Origin: a virus | Lineage: Duplodnaviria; Caudoviricetes | Length of the DNA stretch: 64,000 nt | IMG/VR virus record: IMGVR_UViG_3300005077_000489 | Span: 64,001-128,000 of that record | Strand: one strand, 5' to 3' | Shown here: in pieces, positions 46,901 to 49,900 of the stretch | How the letters are laid out: each line of letters starts with the position of its first letter | Numbering within the stretch: position 1 is the first letter of the stretch | The notes under the pieces: model-generated | Told to the model about the DNA's origin: nothing | What the model saw: only the letters and a program-made list of their open reading frames with translations | The model's database searches: none | Program-made: the position numbers and the translations under genes

Positions 46901-49900
46901 TGCCAAAGGATGAAACTGAGACTAAAACAGGTCGCAGAGATTACGCCGGTGCCCCTAGCGTAGAGCAAATAGAGAAAGCAAAAGAAGAAATTGATAAGAG
47001 AAAACCCTTTGACTGGTCTGGTATAAATGCAGGAAAGGGTATAAACCGGAGTCTTGCTGATTTCTCTAATGAAATATACAACAAGTATGTAGAGAAGTGG
47101 AAAGAGCAATCTAGGGTAGAGGGCTTATCTGGTAAACGTTATGGAGGGGCTGGTGTGGATGAAGATATACTAGGACAAGTCTATGGTTCTAAAGATATTC
47201 CTAGTATACTAGGTAAGAGTATGTTCAAACGCCTAGAACCTATGACAGGTGCTGAAGAAGCAGAGTGGTTAACATTCCTTAAAAATGCGGGGAAAGAAGA
47301 CGGTGGTGTTGCAGAATTTGCTAAAGCACAAGTAGAAAATATGCGTATGGCAAATACGTACGGAATACGCTCCTCCCAAGGTAGAGAAATGTGGCGTATC
47401 ATGAATTTTCAACCCGCTATGGATACACGACAGGAGAAGGACTGGCTGCAAGGTATGGAGGATAGTAAGAACCAAGTTAAATTCCAAAAGATGATGGGTA
47501 ACGCTACAGAGTGGGGAGTAAAATCTGCTACTGGTAGAGAAAATTGGCGTATAATGCATAAGCATGCTGAATTGATGAAGGAATATATAAGTAATCCACT
47601 ATGGAAACTGGTAAAACATTTTACTGGTGAAAATGCCCCAGATACTAAAGATACTACTCCAGATACCAAAGCTCCCGAAGTTAATAATGCTAATTCTATG
47701 TCATCAGATATCCTAGAAAAACAACTCGGTGTGCTACAAGAAATAAGAGATTGTATTTGTAGTGGTATGAAAGGTGGTGTAGGCGGAGTAAGTGGTGCGG
47801 GAGGTGCAACAGGTAGCGTTTCTTCCGCAGCAGTTGGTTTTGGTGTAGGAGAAAAAACTATTACACCGACGCCGACTACTATTCCTATTACACCGTCTAT
47901 CCCGAGACCTACTCCTACTACAATTATACCTACTGCTGGTAATGAAAAATTATTCTGGGATACAGAATGGAATTATCCACCAGAAGCAATAGGATTTGGT
48001 GCAGAATCTAAGACCACAACAGAATTACCGGATTGGGCTAAACCTAAACCATACAGACCTCTTCCCGAAGGTCTCGACCAGAATGAGATTAATCGTTTAT
48101 TATATGGCAATCCTAGTTGGATTCCCGAGTTGTCTGGACCCACGAAATTCCCAGAGGGTTTAGACGAGAATGAACTTAACCGATTGTTGTATGGTAATCC
48201 TAGTTGGACTCCTGAACTTACTCCTCCGACAGTATTTCCTCCTGGGTACACAGAGGATGTTAGCCCCGAAGATGTACTTGATTTGGAAGAACCTATATAT
48301 AGATCTCCTTCAAAATTATATAAAGACAGACTTAAAGATATGATGGATGCTGCGGTGGAGTATGGTTTCCCTGGCGGGGATAATTGGATATCTACAGGAA
48401 TGGATATGAGAAAGAAGAGAATACCCGGAGCTATCAAAGGAGTGAGAACATATAAAGAGTATCCTGTGAGAAGATTTAAATTTTTGTCTGGGGAACCTAC
48501 TGAAAAATCGATAGACTGGGATATTAGGTATAATCAAGCGCAAGACGAACTTGCGTCAGAGGAGGAATTTTGGGGAACTGTAGGTGGTTACGATGAAGGG
48601 TTCAACCAGCCGATTAATATAAAAAACTCAATGGGTGATTTACTATTGTATGCTGGACTTATCGATGATGCTGTAGCCATTGCTGGTTCTATCTCTGGGA
48701 TGTTTCGTGCTAAAAAGAAAGAGACATTACCTGTAGATTATAATAAATTATATGGTATGACTGGTGAGCAGGCTACAGAATATGCTATGCAATTCCCAGA
48801 AGAGATGCGCCAGCAAATAATGGATAAGTTTAATGATATAGAAATACAAAGAATAAGTGGTGAAGCTAGTGCTGGTGTTGAAGGAAAATGGGCACAAAGG
48901 GAGGAGAATTACAAGAGAAATGCTGAGAACAGAATTCGATTAACCAGTTTGCCTACTACACAAACACAACCAGAAGAAAAGAAAGATTTTACTACTATAC
49001 CTAGAGGGAGAGGGGAGGAAGAAAAGGCTACGGAAACAGAAGAGCAATATAAGAGGTACAACTGGCTCACTACTCCATTCGGTGAGAGAGTAGAGAAGGC
49101 TCTTGCTACTCCTATGGGGTTCAATGAAAGGTCATATCCGGCATCTGATGTGTTTCCTATAGGCGGCGGTCAGGCTCGTATATATGCGAAAACAGGTGGT
49201 CTTGGCGCTATGGTACCGGATAGCAAAGGAAAGTCTTATTTTGGTTTTAATGTTGAGGCGAAGGCTGGTGATATGTATGAGGAATTACAACATAGTAGAA
49301 CAGCTAAAATGTCTAAAGACCAATTACTTTCTATAGCGAATTCCGTGGGGGCATTACCTGGTGGTAAAGACCTTTTAAACGCCGCTATGACTTCTAGAAG
49401 GTCACAGACTGCATATAATGCTTATGGAGACCTTTCCAAGGAAATGCTTATGGAGGTCTTGGCTTCTTTAGGGCGCGGTGATAAGGAAAATATAGACAGA
49501 AGGAAAGCCTTACAGTCTAGCGAATTCGCGGAGTTAGATAGTGCTACATTATCTCTATATAAACAATCCGATGCTTTTAAATCCACTGTATTGAGGAAAG
49601 AATACGAGGAAGGACTAAAAAGGTATCTTGGAGAATTCATTGGTGCTACTAGTGCTCTGGGTCCGTCTGATATCTCGGATATATATACTTCTGATGTTTA
49701 TCCTGTTGGTGGAATGGGTTATTACGGAAAGAAAGAAGGACAGCCAGTAGATTATAGAGATTTTGTTGGTTCTGATGAAGAAATAATAGATTTATTTCCT
49801 GGCGGAGAGCCGTCTGAGGATAGAACACCGTGGTATAGTAGTCTAAGAGAACGAATTATGCAAGAAAGTGCCATGGAAAGGTTCTCTTCCGAACTGGACC

